A stretch of 32,000 nt of DNA from Fibrobacter succinogenes subsp. succinogenes S85 (GTDB lineage Bacteria > Fibrobacterota > Fibrobacteria > Fibrobacterales > Fibrobacteraceae). The stretch lies in the NCBI RefSeq assembly GCF_000146505.1, contig NC_017448.1, positions 2,520,001 to 2,552,000 on the forward strand. The letters run 5' to 3'. Numbering within the stretch: position 1 is the stretch's first letter; the number at the start of each line of letters is the position of its first letter. The notes under the pieces were generated by a model. That model was not told the origin of the DNA and searched no databases. It was given only the letters and a program-made list of their open reading frames with translations. Shown piece by piece: positions 31,254 through 32,000 of this stretch. Both the position numbers and the translations under genes were made by a program.

Positions 31254-32000
31254 TTACGCTACGTACAACGTCTTCTGGAAATCGGTGAAGAGTTTCTTCA
31301 AATCCTTGCCGGTCACGCCCATTTTATCGCAGGCATCTTTGATGGTGCCATATTTGAGTTTGACAAGCTCGGGCAACTGATTCAGCGATAGTTCATCGAC
31401 TCCGTTTTCCACATACTGCTGCAAGACAAATTCCATGAAGGGAACTTGTTTCTCGGAGATTTCGTTCAGGATTTCTTCGTGCATCAGGCGGACTCTTTCG
31501 GCGCGTTCCATGGGGCTTTTGTTGTAGGCGATGAGTTCCAATACATCGAGCAGGTCGCATTTTTCGTTTTGCGTCAGCGCTTGCACTTGGCGAAGCCTTT
31601 CTTTGCTGAATCCGTTGTCGCTCAAGTTCTGGAGCAGGGCTTCGCGGGTCGTGGGGTCAGACCAACGGGCACGCAAATCCTGGCTGTCCTTAAAGAACTC
31701 AGGAATCTTGCCGAAGAGAATTTTGATAAACTGTTCGAGCGTTATGAGTTCGCCATCGAACATGAACTTTTCTTGCCACTGAGCCTGCAAACGGAGCACG
31801 TGGTTTGCGGAAAGTTTAATTTCGATGCATCTTTTTTCTTTCGTTTTGGCGTCGCATGTGCACGGGAGATTGCCACAGATTTTACAGGGTCTCGGTTTGC
31901 GTGGTCCGCCGCTAGAGCCTTTGTCATCATCGGGATCCCCACCGTTGGGCGGTTCCGGCGTATCTATAATTGGCTCGCCATCCCACTCAGGGTCACTAAA
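31254..32000 (-). CDS. hsdR: Type I restriction enzyme R subunit, C-terminal part (EcoEI-type R C-terminal domain); continues beyond the window
   Basis: By my translation the frame stays open from 31799 to the window edge. The C-terminal LPELVKLKYGTIKDACDKMGVTGKDLKKLFTDFQKTLY matches the conserved HsdR tail motif (KYG...A...lG......F..FQ..LY). Confidence 0.7.
   Translation of the reverse strand, partial: FSDPEWDGEPIIDTPEPPNGGDPDDDKGSSGGPRKPRPCKICGNLPCTCDAKTKEKRCIEIKLSANHVLRLQAQWQEKFMFDGELITLEQFIKILFGKIPEFFKDSQDLRARWSDPTTREALLQNLSDNGFSKERLRQVQALTQNEKCDLLDVLELIAYNKSPMERAERVRLMHEEILNEISEKQVPFMEFVLQQYVENGVDELSLNQLPELVKLKYGTIKDACDKMGVTGKDLKKLFTDFQKTLYVA

Noticed and set aside
1-32000. CRISPR arrays, tRNA or rRNA genes
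   Set aside because: There are no regularly spaced short repeats. The only repeat families have 2-3 irregularly placed copies or are promoter boxes. I noticed no cloverleaf-like or rRNA-like segments on reading through, but without a tool a tRNA could be missed.

Overview
The window looks like a Fibrobacter-type (FCB group) chromosome segment of about 48% GC by eye. That assignment rests on a TIGR02147-family paralog and a CBM-GH26 enzyme with a T9SS-like tail, and I cannot verify it here.

Gene content, left to right:
- 1-5030: the 3' end of a duplicated-ATPase ABC/ECF gene, a secreted CBM35-GH26 mannanase, and a TIGR02147-family protein translationally coupled to a lipoprotein.
- 5611-9385 (minus strand): an operon encoding an exported CMD-CMD-cupin lipoprotein, an exported FGE/SUMF1-flavodoxin fusion, a His-rich DUF4405 membrane protein and a small anchored ORF.
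- 9512-10703: an AT-rich Mac/hexapeptide acetyltransferase cassette bracketed by two 93-bp repeats.
- 10942-20912: a phosphate block. It holds a PiT transporter with PhoB/PhoR-like two-component genes, gene fragments, porin-pstC-pstA-pstB-phoU, and a divergent pstS whose domain halves are in permuted order.
- 21088-29700: exported flavodoxin, lipoprotein aldo-keto reductase, AAA/DUF4143 ATPase, LysR regulator, exported ABM protein, cyclophilin-like lipoprotein, a GNAT toxin-antitoxin-like pair, a Cys-nucleophile alpha/beta hydrolase lipoprotein, a frameshifted DUF1349 gene and an Isf-like iron-sulfur flavoprotein.
- 29841-32000: a DUF1016/YhcG nuclease and the C-terminal part of a type I restriction R subunit.

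The main result is a 23-nt ATGC-N7-GCAT (T-N11-A) box that I read eight times. Seven copies sit 41-42 nt (hand count) from a conserved TATATT-like -10 element. The eighth overlaps the LysR gene's own promoter. Together they define a compact LysR-type regulon. Its soluble products almost all carry signal peptides or lipoboxes, although their families are normally cytoplasmic and cofactor-dependent. I read this as a candidate extracytoplasmic flavodoxin-based redox or detoxification system of unknown substrate.

Secondary observations:
- circularly permuted PstS
- a porin occupying the pstS slot of the pst operon
- TTTAC repeat arrays resembling Pho boxes
- flavodoxin 3'-end relics flanking the PiT-RR-HK module
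- pstB and Ppx-like fragments
- a MITE-like repeat family

I found no CRISPR array, tRNA or rRNA.
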